Of a stretch of DNA of 64,000 nucleotides, positions 27,449 through 37,549 are shown one piece after another (the stretch's first letter is position 1; each line of letters starts with the position of its first letter). Made by a program: the position numbers and the translations under genes. Source of the stretch: Abditibacterium sp. (lineage in GTDB: Bacteria > Armatimonadota > Abditibacteriia > Abditibacteriales > Abditibacteriaceae); contig CBDASK010000003.1 in assembly GCA_965199495.1 (NCBI GenBank), forward strand, positions 4,608,001 through 4,672,000. Reading direction: 5' to 3'. Under the pieces are notes generated by a model. The model had not been told where the DNA came from. It saw only the letters and a list, made by a program, of their open reading frames with translations, and did no database searches.

Positions 27449-28894
27449 ATGAATCAAACTTTGTGGCCCGCCGAAATTCTGCCCGAAAAACCTGCGCGTG
27501 ACGAGAGATTGGAAGAAATCGAACGCCAGAGTGACGCGCTAAAATGTGACTTTGCCGCACAACTGGAAAACGATCCTGAACTTTCACGGGCCGTGGTTTC
27601 GTTTGGCGACTCCAAAACGGAACCAAAATATCGTTGGTTCAAATTTCGCGAAGCGTTTTCGCCGCATCTGGTCAAAAACAGCCTCGACACTTTGGGCGAA
27701 AGTGGTCATGTTCTCGATCCTTTCGCTGGAAGCGGCACCACACTCTTTGCCGCAGCAAATAACGGTTGGGATGCGACGGGAATCGAAGTTTTGCCTGTCG
27801 GTCGTTTTTTGGTTGAAGCGCGGCAAATCGCGGTTTCGCTTTCGCCAACCGAATGGCAACGCGTGCGCTGTTGGCGCGAAAGCAAGCCGTGGAGTTTAAC
27901 TTCTCGCCGCGCGGAATTAATGGAAATGCGCATTACGCAAGGCGCTTACCCGGCGGAAACCAAACGTGCTATTGAAAGTTATCTGGGCGCATTAACCGAC
28001 GAAAGCGAGCGCGTATCCACCGTTTTAAAATTGGCGTTGGTGTGCGTTTTGGAATCCATTTCTTATACCCGCAAAGATGGCCAATATCTGCGTTGGGATG
28101 CGCGCGCCGGACGCAAAGTTGGCGCGAGGCCGTTTAACAAAGGCCTGATGCTTTCTTTTGACTGTGCGCTCGAAGACAAACTCATACAAATTATTGAAGA
28201 TTGCGGCGGCTCACAAAGCGCGCCGCTGTCGCTTTTTGCGGACAATGCGCCAATTATTGATACTGGAGAAATTAACTTGCAAGCGGGATCATGCCTTAGT
28301 TTGTTGCCGCAAATAGAAACCGCCTCGTTTGATACAATCATTACTTCGCCACCGTATTGTAACCGTTACGATTACACGCGAACCTATGCGCTCGAACTCG
28401 CTCTTTTGGGCGTTTCTGGCGAAGAATTAATCGCGCTTCGCCAAAAGATGTTGAGTTGCACCGTCGAAAATCGCGCCAAGGATTTGTTGTTTTCCAACCC
28501 CCCGTGGAGCATGGCACTCAGCGCCGTGTCTGATTGCGAGGTGCTGCAAACGATTCTTGAATATTTGGACGAAGAAAATGCGGCAGGACGACTTAATAAC
28601 ACGGGCATCGCTCGTATGGTGCGCGGATATTTTTCCGAAATGGCGTGTGTCATTCAAGAGTGCGCGCGCGTGCTGAAGCCGGGCGCATCGTTGTGGATGG
28701 TCAACGATAACGTGCGTTACGCGGGCGCTTCGATTCCCGTCGATTTGATATTATCTTTCATCGCCGAGCGCGTTGGTTTCGATGTCGAAAAAATCGCGGT
28801 TTTGCCGGGCGGCAAAGGCAACTCATCGCAACAAATGGGCGTTCATGGACGCGAATCTTTGCGTAAATGCGTTTACGTGTGGAGGAAAATTTAA
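27449..28894 (+). CDS. Amino-DNA methyltransferase (probably m4C) of a type II R-M system
   Basis: Motif I DPFAGSGTT precedes motif IV TSPPY; ARVLKPG; directly adjacent to the endonuclease. Confidence 0.9.
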   Translation: MNQTLWPAEILPEKPARDERLEEIERQSDALKCDFAAQLENDPELSRAVVSFGDSKTEPKYRWFKFREAFSPHLVKNSLDTLGESGHVLDPFAGSGTTLFAAANNGWDATGIEVLPVGRFLVEARQIAVSLSPTEWQRVRCWRESKPWSLTSRRAELMEMRITQGAYPAETKRAIESYLGALTDESERVSTVLKLALVCVLESISYTRKDGQYLRWDARAGRKVGARPFNKGLMLSFDCALEDKLIQIIEDCGGSQSAPLSLFADNAPIIDTGEINLQAGSCLSLLPQIETASFDTIITSPPYCNRYDYTRTYALELALLGVSGEELIALRQKMLSCTVENRAKDLLFSNPPWSMALSAVSDCEVLQTILEYLDEENAAGRLNNTGIARMVRGYFSEMACVIQECARVLKPGASLWMVNDNVRYAGASIPVDLILSFIAERVGFDVEKIAVLPGGKGNSSQQMGVHGRESLRKCVYVWRKI

Positions 28895-29848
28895 GTGCCG
28901 CCGTTTTTATCCGACGCCGCCGCTTTGGTGACGACGCGAGCAGCCACGCGCGCGGGCTTTGTCGAAATCGTCATCGAAAAGAACCGCCGGGCGACGCCGC
29001 ATTTGGACGATGCCCGCGCGTTACGCTCGCTCGTTTTGGAAAAGTGCGCCGCGCCACGCGATTTATTGAATTTGGAAGAAGGTGAAAAAGCTCTGGTCGT
29101 TGCGGCGGGCATTTCGGAAAAAGCCGCGCGCCATTTGGACGCCGAGGACAAGCGCGAGGCTGTGCGCGTTCTGGTTTCGGAATTTCTGGAGCCGCAAGGC
29201 GACAAATGGATTGATGAACTCATTTACCGTTTTCTGCTGGCGCGCGGCGACGCTCTGGGCGGCGAAATGCGCAATGCCATCGGCGCACTGGGCCAACGCA
29301 AATTGGCCCGCGCGTTGATGGCGCAACTGCGCTTGAGCGAACTCGAATTTCACTGGCAACACGCCAAACTGAAACAGTGGAGCGTCGGCCAATCGAGCGA
29401 TGCCGGAATCGAGAACGAGCTAAATGGTTTGTTCTGGCGCAACAAGAATGAAGCGCGCACGTTGCTTTTCAATTTAACTCCGCCCGGCTTTTCCAAGAAT
29501 ATCGACTTGTGTTTGGTCGCGCTCGACCCGACGATTTTCAAGAAAGCCACGGACTTGCGTGCAGCGTTGAAGCAACCAGAAATTTATCTGGCGTTTGGCG
29601 AGTTGAAAAGTGGATTTGATCCGGCGGGCGCCGATGAGCATTGGAAAACCACGCGCAGTGCTTTCGAGCGTATTCGCCAGAATTACGCTTCATTGAATCC
29701 AGCGACATTTTTCGTCGGCGCGGCGATTGTGCCCAACATGGCCGACGAGATTTGGACGCAACTGCAAACCGGTAAACTTTCGAGCGCCGCTAATTTGACT
29801 GACGAAATGCAACTGGCGGGAATCTGCCGTTGGTTAGTGAATCTCTAA
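28895..29848 (+). CDS. Type II restriction endonuclease, AvaI/BsoBI family (predicted CYCGRG)
   Basis: RGDALGGEMRN, KNIDL and GELKSGFDPAGADEHWKT are characteristic of BsoBI/AvaI. Confidence 0.88.
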   Translation: MPPFLSDAAALVTTRAATRAGFVEIVIEKNRRATPHLDDARALRSLVLEKCAAPRDLLNLEEGEKALVVAAGISEKAARHLDAEDKREAVRVLVSEFLEPQGDKWIDELIYRFLLARGDALGGEMRNAIGALGQRKLARALMAQLRLSELEFHWQHAKLKQWSVGQSSDAGIENELNGLFWRNKNEARTLLFNLTPPGFSKNIDLCLVALDPTIFKKATDLRAALKQPEIYLAFGELKSGFDPAGADEHWKTTRSAFERIRQNYASLNPATFFVGAAIVPNMADEIWTQLQTGKLSSAANLTDEMQLAGICRWLVNL

Positions 29849-29850
29849 AA

Positions 29851-30288
29851 ATGGAAAACTCTTTTCGCCTTGCCCTACTCGCCATAACTTGCGCTCTCGC
29901 CAGCAGCCACGGCGTCGCCGTGGCTGCTCCGGCGCCGCCCGTTGTTTCGGTTTCCAACGATGGAAAACGCGCCATCGCGCGTTATGGTATCGCCGATGAT
30001 GCCCTGCGCCAGAGCCAATTAGCCGTCAAAGAACTCTCGTTCCTCATCAAGAAATATCCCGACGCCAAAAATTGGGCTGTGGCTTACAACACGGCGCCCG
30101 AACTCTGGCGCGTGTTGGAATATGACATCGAGCGCCGACAATTAATGGAAGTCGTGCTGACGAAATCCGAGAAAAGCAACCGGCGCGGCAACGACTTTTT
30201 TCCGGCGCATATCCATCGGGCGGCGCAGCAGAGTTTGAATATCGAAGAGTTGTGGAAGAGCAACAAAGCTGAAAAACGCACGAACTAA
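29851..30288 (+). CDS. Hypothetical secreted protein
   Basis: Signal peptide followed by a Pro-rich linker. Confidence 0.6.
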   Translation: MENSFRLALLAITCALASSHGVAVAAPAPPVVSVSNDGKRAIARYGIADDALRQSQLAVKELSFLIKKYPDAKNWAVAYNTAPELWRVLEYDIERRQLMEVVLTKSEKSNRRGNDFFPAHIHRAAQQSLNIEELWKSNKAEKRTN

Positions 30289-30351
30289 AGGCGTCTTAAA
30301 ACGTTGCAATCGCGCGATTAAATTAGCGGCATACTGGTAAAGAGATTTCAA

Positions 30352-31326
30352 ATGAGACCTTTTATCTGCGCATTGCTGTTGCTGTTTGTTCTCATCTCCA
30401 ACGTTCAACAAGCGCGAAGTGCGCCGCTCGCGTTGGCCGGAACCGCGCCCGCTTGGACAGATTTAGAAGTCCACGACGCCAAACGAGCGCGCGATATTCC
30501 GATTCGCGTTTATCTGCCCGTGCAAACAACAGCCACGCCAGTCGTATTGTTTAGTCACGGACTGGGCGGCACGCGCGAGGCGGCGACTTATCTGGGAAAT
30601 TACTGGGCGGCGCACGGCTATGTCGCGGTCTTTTTGCAACATCCCGGCAGCGACGAGAACGTGTGGAAAAACGTGCCGCTTCGCCAACGCATGGCGGCGC
30701 TGAAACAGGCGGCCAATTTGGATAATTTTCTGCTGCGCGTCGGCGACGTGGCTGCTGTTTTGGATCAACTCGAAATTTGGAACAAAGATGTGCGCTCTCC
30801 ATTTTTTGGCCGCATGGATATGACGAAAATCGGCATGGCGGGCCACTCATTTGGCGCCGTCACGACCGAAGCGGTTAGCGGCGAAACTTTCGCATTGGGC
30901 GTGGGCTTTACCGATGCTCGTATCAAAGCGGCGCTGATTCTCAGTCCGAGCGCGCCCGCCAATGGCGATGCGAAAGCAGCTTTTGGCGCGGTCAAAATCC
31001 CGTGGCTTTTGATGACGGGCACGCTTGATAAATCGGAACTGCGCGAATTTGACGCAGACGCGCGCTTGAAAGTGTTTCCGGCTTTGCCCGCCGACGGACA
31101 AAAATATCAACTAATTTTAGATAAAGCCGAACATTCGGCTTTCGTGGACGCGCGCATGGCGCGCGACATTGCGCCACGCAATCCCAATCATCATCGGGCC
31201 ATCGAAGCGATTTCGACGGCGTTTTGGGACGCGTATCTCAAAGGCGACGCGGACGCTAAAATGTGGATTGACAGAGACAAAGTGCGCGATGTTTTGGAGA
31301 CGGCGGATGTTTGGCAGACGAAGTGA
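30352..31326 (+). CDS. Secreted alpha/beta hydrolase (dienelactone hydrolase/PAF-AH-like)
   Basis: FSHGLGG, GHSFG nucleophile motif, TGTLD, AEHSAF. Confidence 0.88.
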   Translation: MRPFICALLLLFVLISNVQQARSAPLALAGTAPAWTDLEVHDAKRARDIPIRVYLPVQTTATPVVLFSHGLGGTREAATYLGNYWAAHGYVAVFLQHPGSDENVWKNVPLRQRMAALKQAANLDNFLLRVGDVAAVLDQLEIWNKDVRSPFFGRMDMTKIGMAGHSFGAVTTEAVSGETFALGVGFTDARIKAALILSPSAPANGDAKAAFGAVKIPWLLMTGTLDKSELREFDADARLKVFPALPADGQKYQLILDKAEHSAFVDARMARDIAPRNPNHHRAIEAISTAFWDAYLKGDADAKMWIDRDKVRDVLETADVWQTK

Positions 31327-31332
31327 GTTGGG

Positions 31333-32532
31333 TTAATCCAAATCCCACACCAAAACCGCGTTTTGGCCGCGCGCGTAAAGGCGTTTGCCATCGGGCGCGA
31401 AAGCAAGGGCGTTGGGTGCATATTGAAAACTGCTTTCATCGCCGATGTTTAACTGGCGAGTGATCGTTCCAGTTTGGGAATCGAAAAAGAGAGGAGCAGC
31501 CATCTTTCCGTCTTTTCCAAAGCCTTGCGGAAACGTCACTACCGATTTGCCATCGGGCGAAAAAATGCCGCCGTAGAGATGAGGATAAATGGCAAAAGAG
31601 CTTCCATCCGCCTGTCCTTTATGAATGTGATTCCATCGAATACGCCCCGTCAAGGCGTCAACGACCATGAGCGTAAAAGAGTTGACGTAACTGGAGCGGT
31701 TTGTCCCAGAAACAATGAGGGCGAGTGATTTTCCATCGGGGGCGGGGTCTAAATTGGTGATTGAAGATAGAGGCAAAGTCCACGAGTTCAACAGTTTCCC
31801 ATCGCGTGCGCGCCGAATTTCGACTTTGCCAGGCGGTTCATAACCTCCTTCGGGAACGTATCGCATTTCGCAATTGCTCCCACAAAACAGAGATTTTCCA
31901 TCGGGCGCCCAAGCAAATACGCCCGTATAACTGAGCGGCCTTTCCATGATCCAACTCGCGATTAATTTCCCGTCTGAAGCGCGCAACAGCGAAAATCTGA
32001 TGCCCCCTTTGGCCCGTTGGGCCAATGCCAACGTTTGACCATCAGGCGAGAAACGGGCGAATAAATCGTCGAATTGGCCGTGAATACTCCATTTCTCGAT
32101 ATGAGAGGCACGATTATAAAGCGTGTAAGTTTTGGAATTCGCCGCATAAATTTTGGGTGCAACAGCCACGAATTTCCCATTGGGCGAAAGTGCAAAACCA
32201 AAATTCACTTCAGAAGGCAACACAATTATGGGCTTCTGTGGTTGCTGTTTGCCCCAGACATCCGTTTGCCAGCGCGAACGAGCGTCCCAGAAAAAAACGC
32301 GCCCTTCGTGAGCGCCTGCCGAAATCTGAAGGCCCGTCGCCGCCAAAACCGAGCCATCGCGAGCGAGCGACATCACGAGAAGCCGGTTATCGGAGGTTGT
32401 GCTTAAACGAAGTGGCAAACATAATTGCTTGCGCACAACTTGCGGCCCGAAAGCAGCCACGGCGGCGCCGATGATGAAAATTAAAGGCGCCGCCCACAGC
32501 CATTTTTCGCCGCGCGTCCATTTGCGTTTCAC
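31333..32532 (-). CDS. Membrane-anchored WD40/beta-propeller protein
   Basis: Repeated F/W-[SA]PDGK blades; ends VLVWD; N-terminal TM segment. Confidence 0.85.
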   Translation of the reverse strand: MKRKWTRGEKWLWAAPLIFIIGAAVAAFGPQVVRKQLCLPLRLSTTSDNRLLVMSLARDGSVLAATGLQISAGAHEGRVFFWDARSRWQTDVWGKQQPQKPIIVLPSEVNFGFALSPNGKFVAVAPKIYAANSKTYTLYNRASHIEKWSIHGQFDDLFARFSPDGQTLALAQRAKGGIRFSLLRASDGKLIASWIMERPLSYTGVFAWAPDGKSLFCGSNCEMRYVPEGGYEPPGKVEIRRARDGKLLNSWTLPLSSITNLDPAPDGKSLALIVSGTNRSSYVNSFTLMVVDALTGRIRWNHIHKGQADGSSFAIYPHLYGGIFSPDGKSVVTFPQGFGKDGKMAAPLFFDSQTGTITRQLNIGDESSFQYAPNALAFAPDGKRLYARGQNAVLVWDLD

Positions 32533-32541
32533 AATTGGAGT

Positions 32542-33462
32542 TTAACTTCCATGCGCCGTACGTTGATGCTGGATTTCTTCTTCGTATGGCTCGAAATGCA
32601 CGATGACATCGGTATTGGGCAGGGCGGCGCGAATCGCTTCTTCGACTTCTTCGCTCACTTGATGCGCGTCGCGGAAAGTTAGATTATCATCCAACATGAT
32701 ATGAACGTCGGCCAGACGTTTGGCGCCCGCCTGACGCGTGCGCAATTTGTGGAAATCTAACACGCGCGCATCGCGCTGCAAAACTTCGCGAATGCAATGT
32801 TCTTCGGCATCGGGCAAGGTTTCATCCAAAAGTGGACGCAATGTATCGCGCAAAAGATGAATTGCGGCGTAACCGGCGAACAGCGTCATAATCGCGGCAC
32901 ACAAGGGATCGAGGCGTGCATCGTTGAAAACGTGCGTCGAAACTAAACCAGTCAAAACGCCCGCGCACGCCCACAAATCGCCACGCAGATGCACGGCTTC
33001 GGCGGCGAGTGCGCTCGAATCGGTGGCGCGCGCGACTTTACTCATGTGGCGCGACATCGCGATGTTGATCGCAATCGAAATCACAATCGCGGCGATGCCC
33101 CAATCCACCTGAGGCATCACGGGATTTTGCCAACGCAGGTAAGACGCCCACCAGATGCCGCCAATCGAGGCCAATACCAGCACCATTTGTAGCAGCGAAG
33201 TCAGGTTCTCGAACTTGCCGTGGCCCCACGGATGATCGTGATCGGGCGGCGCGGCGGCGGCGCGCACGGTGAACCAAATTAAGGCCGAAACCACGATGTC
33301 GAGCAACGATTGCACACCTTCGCCCAAAACCGACAGCGAATTCGATTGCAATCCGGCGCCAACTTTGATGATGACGAGAAAAATGTTTGAGTAAATCGAG
33401 AGCCGCGCCGCCGCCTGTTGCACTTGAACAGCACGCGGAAGGGATACGGAAGCGGAACTCAT
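32542..33462 (-). CDS. Cation diffusion facilitator (FieF-like)
   Basis: PPDHDHPWGHGKFE, HLRGD, LDP, HKLRTR, DVIVHFEP. Confidence 0.92.
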   Translation of the reverse strand: MSSASVSLPRAVQVQQAAARLSIYSNIFLVIIKVGAGLQSNSLSVLGEGVQSLLDIVVSALIWFTVRAAAAPPDHDHPWGHGKFENLTSLLQMVLVLASIGGIWWASYLRWQNPVMPQVDWGIAAIVISIAINIAMSRHMSKVARATDSSALAAEAVHLRGDLWACAGVLTGLVSTHVFNDARLDPLCAAIMTLFAGYAAIHLLRDTLRPLLDETLPDAEEHCIREVLQRDARVLDFHKLRTRQAGAKRLADVHIMLDDNLTFRDAHQVSEEVEEAIRAALPNTDVIVHFEPYEEEIQHQRTAHGS

Positions 33463-33490
33463 GGCGAATCGAAGCGAATCGAATAGGAAT

Positions 33491-33612
33491 AGGAGTTATG
33501 CAAAGCTCCCGTAGAGACACCGACTTGTCGTGTCTAAAACGTAAAGTTGCGGTAATTCTAATGTTTTAGACACGACAAGTCGGTGTCTCTACGGGAGCTT
33601 TGCATAACTCCT
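33491..33612. repeat. GTAG-family REP doublet enclosed by AGGAGTTATGCA termini
   Basis: Perfect 50-bp arms at 33491-33540 and 33563-33612. Confidence 0.9.
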
Positions 33613-33619
33613 GAGAAAC

Positions 33620-34573
33620 CTAAATTTTCAGGATCTTATCCATCTTTTCCCACGCCTCGTCCGGCACATCCGCGCCCGATGCGCCCGCGTTATCTTCGAC
33701 CTGACTCGGACGACTGGCGCCGATAATCACGCTCGAAACGTCCGACTGGCGCAGACACCACGCGAGGGCGAGTTGCGGCATCGAAAGGCCCAATTCCTGA
33801 GCGAGCGGCTTGAGTTTTTGCACGCGCTTGAGCAGTTTGTCGTCCAAACTTTCGGCGCTCAAGAAGTCGTTTTGCTTGTCATCAGCCGCGCGTGAATCGG
33901 AGGGCGGTGGCTCGCCCGGCAGATATTTGCCGGTCAAAACGCCCTGAGCCAAAGGCGAATAAACGACTTGACCGATGCCTTCGGCTTCGCAGAGTGGAAT
34001 GATTTCGCTTTCGATTTCACGGTTAAGCGCGTTATAAAGCGGCTGATTGGACACGATGCGGTCGTAGCCCCATTTGTCCGACAGCGCGAGGGCGTCTTTG
34101 ATATTTTGCGGACTCCACTGCGAAACGCCGACGTAGAGAATTTTGCCCTGCGTCACCAAGTCGTCCAAAGCGCGCAGAGTTTCATCGAGTGGCGTTGAAT
34201 CGTCGTAGCGGTGGCATTGATATAAATCAATGTAGTCGGTGCCCAGACGTTGCAACGACAGATGACACTGTTCCATGATGTGCTTGCGCGAAAGTCCCCG
34301 ATCATTGGGGCCATCGCCCATCGGGAAGAAGACTTTGGTGGCCAAAACATAGGAATCGCGCTGATAATCGCGCAGCGCTTTGCCGACGACTTTTTCGGCT
34401 TTGCCGCGCGCGTAAACGTTGGCGGTATCGAAAAAGTTGATGCCCTGATCAAAAGCGCGCTTGATGCACTTGGCGGCAGTTTTGTCTTCGGTGGCGTTGC
34501 CATAGGTCAGCCACGAGCCAAGCGCGACTTCGGAAACTTTGACGCCGGAGCGCCCTAAATTACGGTAATTCAT
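33620..34573 (-). CDS. Aldo/keto reductase (Kv-beta-like)
   Basis: FDTANVY, LATKV, DYIDLYQCH, YSPLAQG, IIGAS. Confidence 0.95.
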   Translation of the reverse strand: MNYRNLGRSGVKVSEVALGSWLTYGNATEDKTAAKCIKRAFDQGINFFDTANVYARGKAEKVVGKALRDYQRDSYVLATKVFFPMGDGPNDRGLSRKHIMEQCHLSLQRLGTDYIDLYQCHRYDDSTPLDETLRALDDLVTQGKILYVGVSQWSPQNIKDALALSDKWGYDRIVSNQPLYNALNREIESEIIPLCEAEGIGQVVYSPLAQGVLTGKYLPGEPPPSDSRAADDKQNDFLSAESLDDKLLKRVQKLKPLAQELGLSMPQLALAWCLRQSDVSSVIIGASRPSQVEDNAGASGADVPDEAWEKMDKILKI

Positions 34574-34620
34574 GATGAGATTAAATTGAGGTTAAGCGAC
34601 AACTAAAAAGGTTAGCGCAA

Positions 34621-37257
34621 TTACTCTTGTCCAATGTTAAGCCCCGTCACTTTGGCCTGTTGATTGGCCAAACGAGCGCGCACGCGCAACAATCGGTCGG
34701 GCGTGCGCGCCATGTTCGGGTTGATGCGCGCGCGAAAATTCCAGCCACGCGCGGGCGAGTTGTCGCGTTTCAGCGCGCCTTCGAGCGGTTGCCATTTGCC
34801 ACTGCGCGCGTCCAAAACCTCGAAGCGAACCCAAGTTATTGGTTTCTTTTTTCCGTTGGCCTTCGGCGTGGCTACTGGAGCGGGGCCGCCGGGCGGCGGT
34901 GGCGAACTGCCAAATCGCGCGGAGTTAGAATTGGAAAAGGGGCTGATACCCAGACCGCGCGCTCTGAGAATCAAATTATCTCCGGCGGGCAAAGTCGCGT
35001 CATAAATTTGATAGCCACCGCCCTGCGGATTGGCGCCCGTCGAGTTGCTCGCATCGAACGGCACAAACGAAACCGGCTTAATCGTCGCCGCGCGCGAAGC
35101 CAGCGCGTTGCTGAGTTGGCTGGCGGGCGCGCGAAAAATCATCAACGTGATGTTATCGGCGCGCGCGTCACCGATTTTTATCGGCGAAAGCGGCGTTTTG
35201 CCCCACGCGATCAGCATCGGCGCATCGTTATATTTGCCCAGATCGTTGCCCAGAGCCAACTGCATCGCGCTGTTGGGAATGCCGTTGGAAAGCGTGCTGC
35301 TATCGAAAATTTTGTCCAAGTTGGCGGCGTTGGCAATCGCGCCCGGCAAGTCGGCGCCCGACGTGGCTGTTCCTTTGCCGCTGACTTTGGCGCTCGCGCC
35401 GATTTTGATGTCGCCCAGACTCCACACGCTCGCGCCGCTCACCCAGACCGCGCCACGCAAATCGAGCGGCGTGTTGTTGACAACCGCGTCGCCGTTAATC
35501 GTCACGCCTTTGCCCAGATCGCCCAGCGATTGCGCGCTAAACGTTCTGTCCGTCCACATCCAGACGTTGGCGTTTTGCGCCTCGAAACTGGCGCCATCGC
35601 CCGGTTCCATGACGGAAAACATTCCCTGCTTGGCGCCCGCTTCGTTGGCGTAATCGGACACGACGGCGCCCTGCCCGCCCGCCGTTAAAGTGTAAGACGT
35701 GCGCTTGGGCGAGAACAGCCACAACAGCGAATCGGTGCGCGCCGTATTGGAGCCGATAGAAGATTGCGCGATGTCCACTTGCCGCGTCAAAATCGCCTTG
35801 CCGCGAATCGAAAGCGCCGCGCTATAAGCGAAAATCGAAAACGCCGCCACGATAACGGGAATCGTCACCCACGCCAGTTCGCGGCGGTCTATCAAACGTA
35901 AAACAGCGTAGTTGACCGGCACCAAAAAGAAGACGTAAAGCGCCAGAAACCACGCGATTTGCGAGACCGGCGGCATCGTCAGTTGCTTGACTTTGCTCAA
36001 GCCGCGCAGCATTTGTCCCGTCGCAGAAACCGGCATATCCTCGTAGTTGCCGCCATAATAACCGTTTGAGTAAGCGGAACTATTGGGATTAATGCCCATG
36101 CCGCCGTAAGAAACGAACGACGGATCGCCGGTTTCGATGTGCCGCACGTCCACGGCGGAATTGAAAACTTCGCCCCACAAATTGCCCTGCCCGCTCCAAC
36201 CGACGAACGGCGGTTGGCCGGGATTGAAACTCAACTCCATCACGCGCCCGGCGCCGCGCTCGCTGACGGCAAAAAGTGGCGCGTTGGGTTGGCCGACTTT
36301 GAGCGCGGCACCCGCATCTAACGAGCCGCGCAAAACCACGACGGGCGCGCCGCCCAAACGGTCGGCGCCATTTTTCGGGTTGGCCACGTAACTCGTCGCC
36401 AAATTCTGCACTTCACTCGCATTCGCGGGCGCCGAACTCGTCGGCACGAGCGGCCACAACTCCCGCAAAGGCGAAGTGTTGAGGCGCCCGGCGTTATTGC
36501 CACCAACGACGACCATGTTGCCGCCGCCCTGCACCCAGCCACGGAGCGCGTCCAACTGTTTGGGCGCCAGCGAGGTATGCACGAAATCGCCCAAAACCAC
36601 CATATCGGCGCCGTCGAAACCGATCCAACGGTCGGGCACATCGGACGACGCGGCCAAAATCGAGCGCACCGGTTGCAAATTGGGATTGAACTGCGGCTTT
36701 TTGCCGCCACGAAACAGGGCGTTGGCGCGCAGACTTTGCAGCGCGCTTTGCAAACCGTCGTCGCTATCGGCAATTGTCACGACCAGACGTTGTTCATCTT
36801 CCAGAGGCGCGATGCCGACGGTTTGTTTAATCGGCGCGAAACCGCGTCCGGAAAAAGTGACCTCGCAACCGTTGATGCCGGGCCGCTCCATGCGCCCGTA
36901 AAGCCACACGACTTTGTTGGCATTGGTCGGCAAATCCACCGTCGAATAAAAATCGTTGGGCGCGACTTCAAAGCCGCCAGAATTGACCAAGCGCAAACGC
37001 ACTTCGCCGCTAACCGCCGGGCCGGAGTTGGCCAGCGTAACAGCCACCGGGAACCAGCGCCCCGCTTTGACATTGATAGCCAACGGCGTGGCTTTGAGCG
37101 CGAGGGGCGACGAAAGCGTCATTTGCAGCGGGCCTTTGGGCGTGGGAGTCGGCGTCTGCGCGCACGCGGTGCGCGCGAACGTGACACCCACGAAAACGCA
37201 CGACATCAGCAGCCAGAGCAAGGGAGGACGAAGCGATAAACGCGCGGGGGCATTCAT
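34621..37257 (-). CDS. Large membrane-anchored hypothetical protein with a GATase-like fold domain
   Basis: Signal peptide; LRGWVQGGGNMVVVGG; TM hairpin LYVFFLVPVNY...ELAWVTIP. Confidence 0.75.
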   Translation of the reverse strand: MNAPARLSLRPPLLWLLMSCVFVGVTFARTACAQTPTPTPKGPLQMTLSSPLALKATPLAINVKAGRWFPVAVTLANSGPAVSGEVRLRLVNSGGFEVAPNDFYSTVDLPTNANKVVWLYGRMERPGINGCEVTFSGRGFAPIKQTVGIAPLEDEQRLVVTIADSDDGLQSALQSLRANALFRGGKKPQFNPNLQPVRSILAASSDVPDRWIGFDGADMVVLGDFVHTSLAPKQLDALRGWVQGGGNMVVVGGNNAGRLNTSPLRELWPLVPTSSAPANASEVQNLATSYVANPKNGADRLGGAPVVVLRGSLDAGAALKVGQPNAPLFAVSERGAGRVMELSFNPGQPPFVGWSGQGNLWGEVFNSAVDVRHIETGDPSFVSYGGMGINPNSSAYSNGYYGGNYEDMPVSATGQMLRGLSKVKQLTMPPVSQIAWFLALYVFFLVPVNYAVLRLIDRRELAWVTIPVIVAAFSIFAYSAALSIRGKAILTRQVDIAQSSIGSNTARTDSLLWLFSPKRTSYTLTAGGQGAVVSDYANEAGAKQGMFSVMEPGDGASFEAQNANVWMWTDRTFSAQSLGDLGKGVTINGDAVVNNTPLDLRGAVWVSGASVWSLGDIKIGASAKVSGKGTATSGADLPGAIANAANLDKIFDSSTLSNGIPNSAMQLALGNDLGKYNDAPMLIAWGKTPLSPIKIGDARADNITLMIFRAPASQLSNALASRAATIKPVSFVPFDASNSTGANPQGGGYQIYDATLPAGDNLILRARGLGISPFSNSNSARFGSSPPPPGGPAPVATPKANGKKKPITWVRFEVLDARSGKWQPLEGALKRDNSPARGWNFRARINPNMARTPDRLLRVRARLANQQAKVTGLNIGQE

Positions 37258-37337
37258 GGTTTAAATTATAAGACAGGCGGCCTGCTGTTGTTAGTGTTTG
37301 CCCAATAAAGTTAGCTACCATTCGACTTCTTGCCTCA

Positions 37338-37448
37338 GTCTGCGGCCTCTATAACAGCGGGGTTGACGCACCCTTCCAATCGTAAAGTTCTTCGAGCAAA
37401 TACCGATTGGAAGGGTGCGTCAACCCCGCTGTTATAGAGGCCGCAGAC
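37338..37448. repeat. Long palindromic element (separate family)
   Basis: Perfect 45-bp arms GTCTGCGGCCTCTATAACAGCGGGGTTGACGCACCCTTCCAATCG around a 21-nt loop. Confidence 0.9.
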
Positions 37449-37549
37449 CAATGCAATCCGAATCAAGAACTGACGCGCCAATCCACCCTTACTCTGCAAC
37501 TTTCATTGTTCGTTCTCGTCTGATTGCGTCGCTTCTCCCTAAAATCTCC

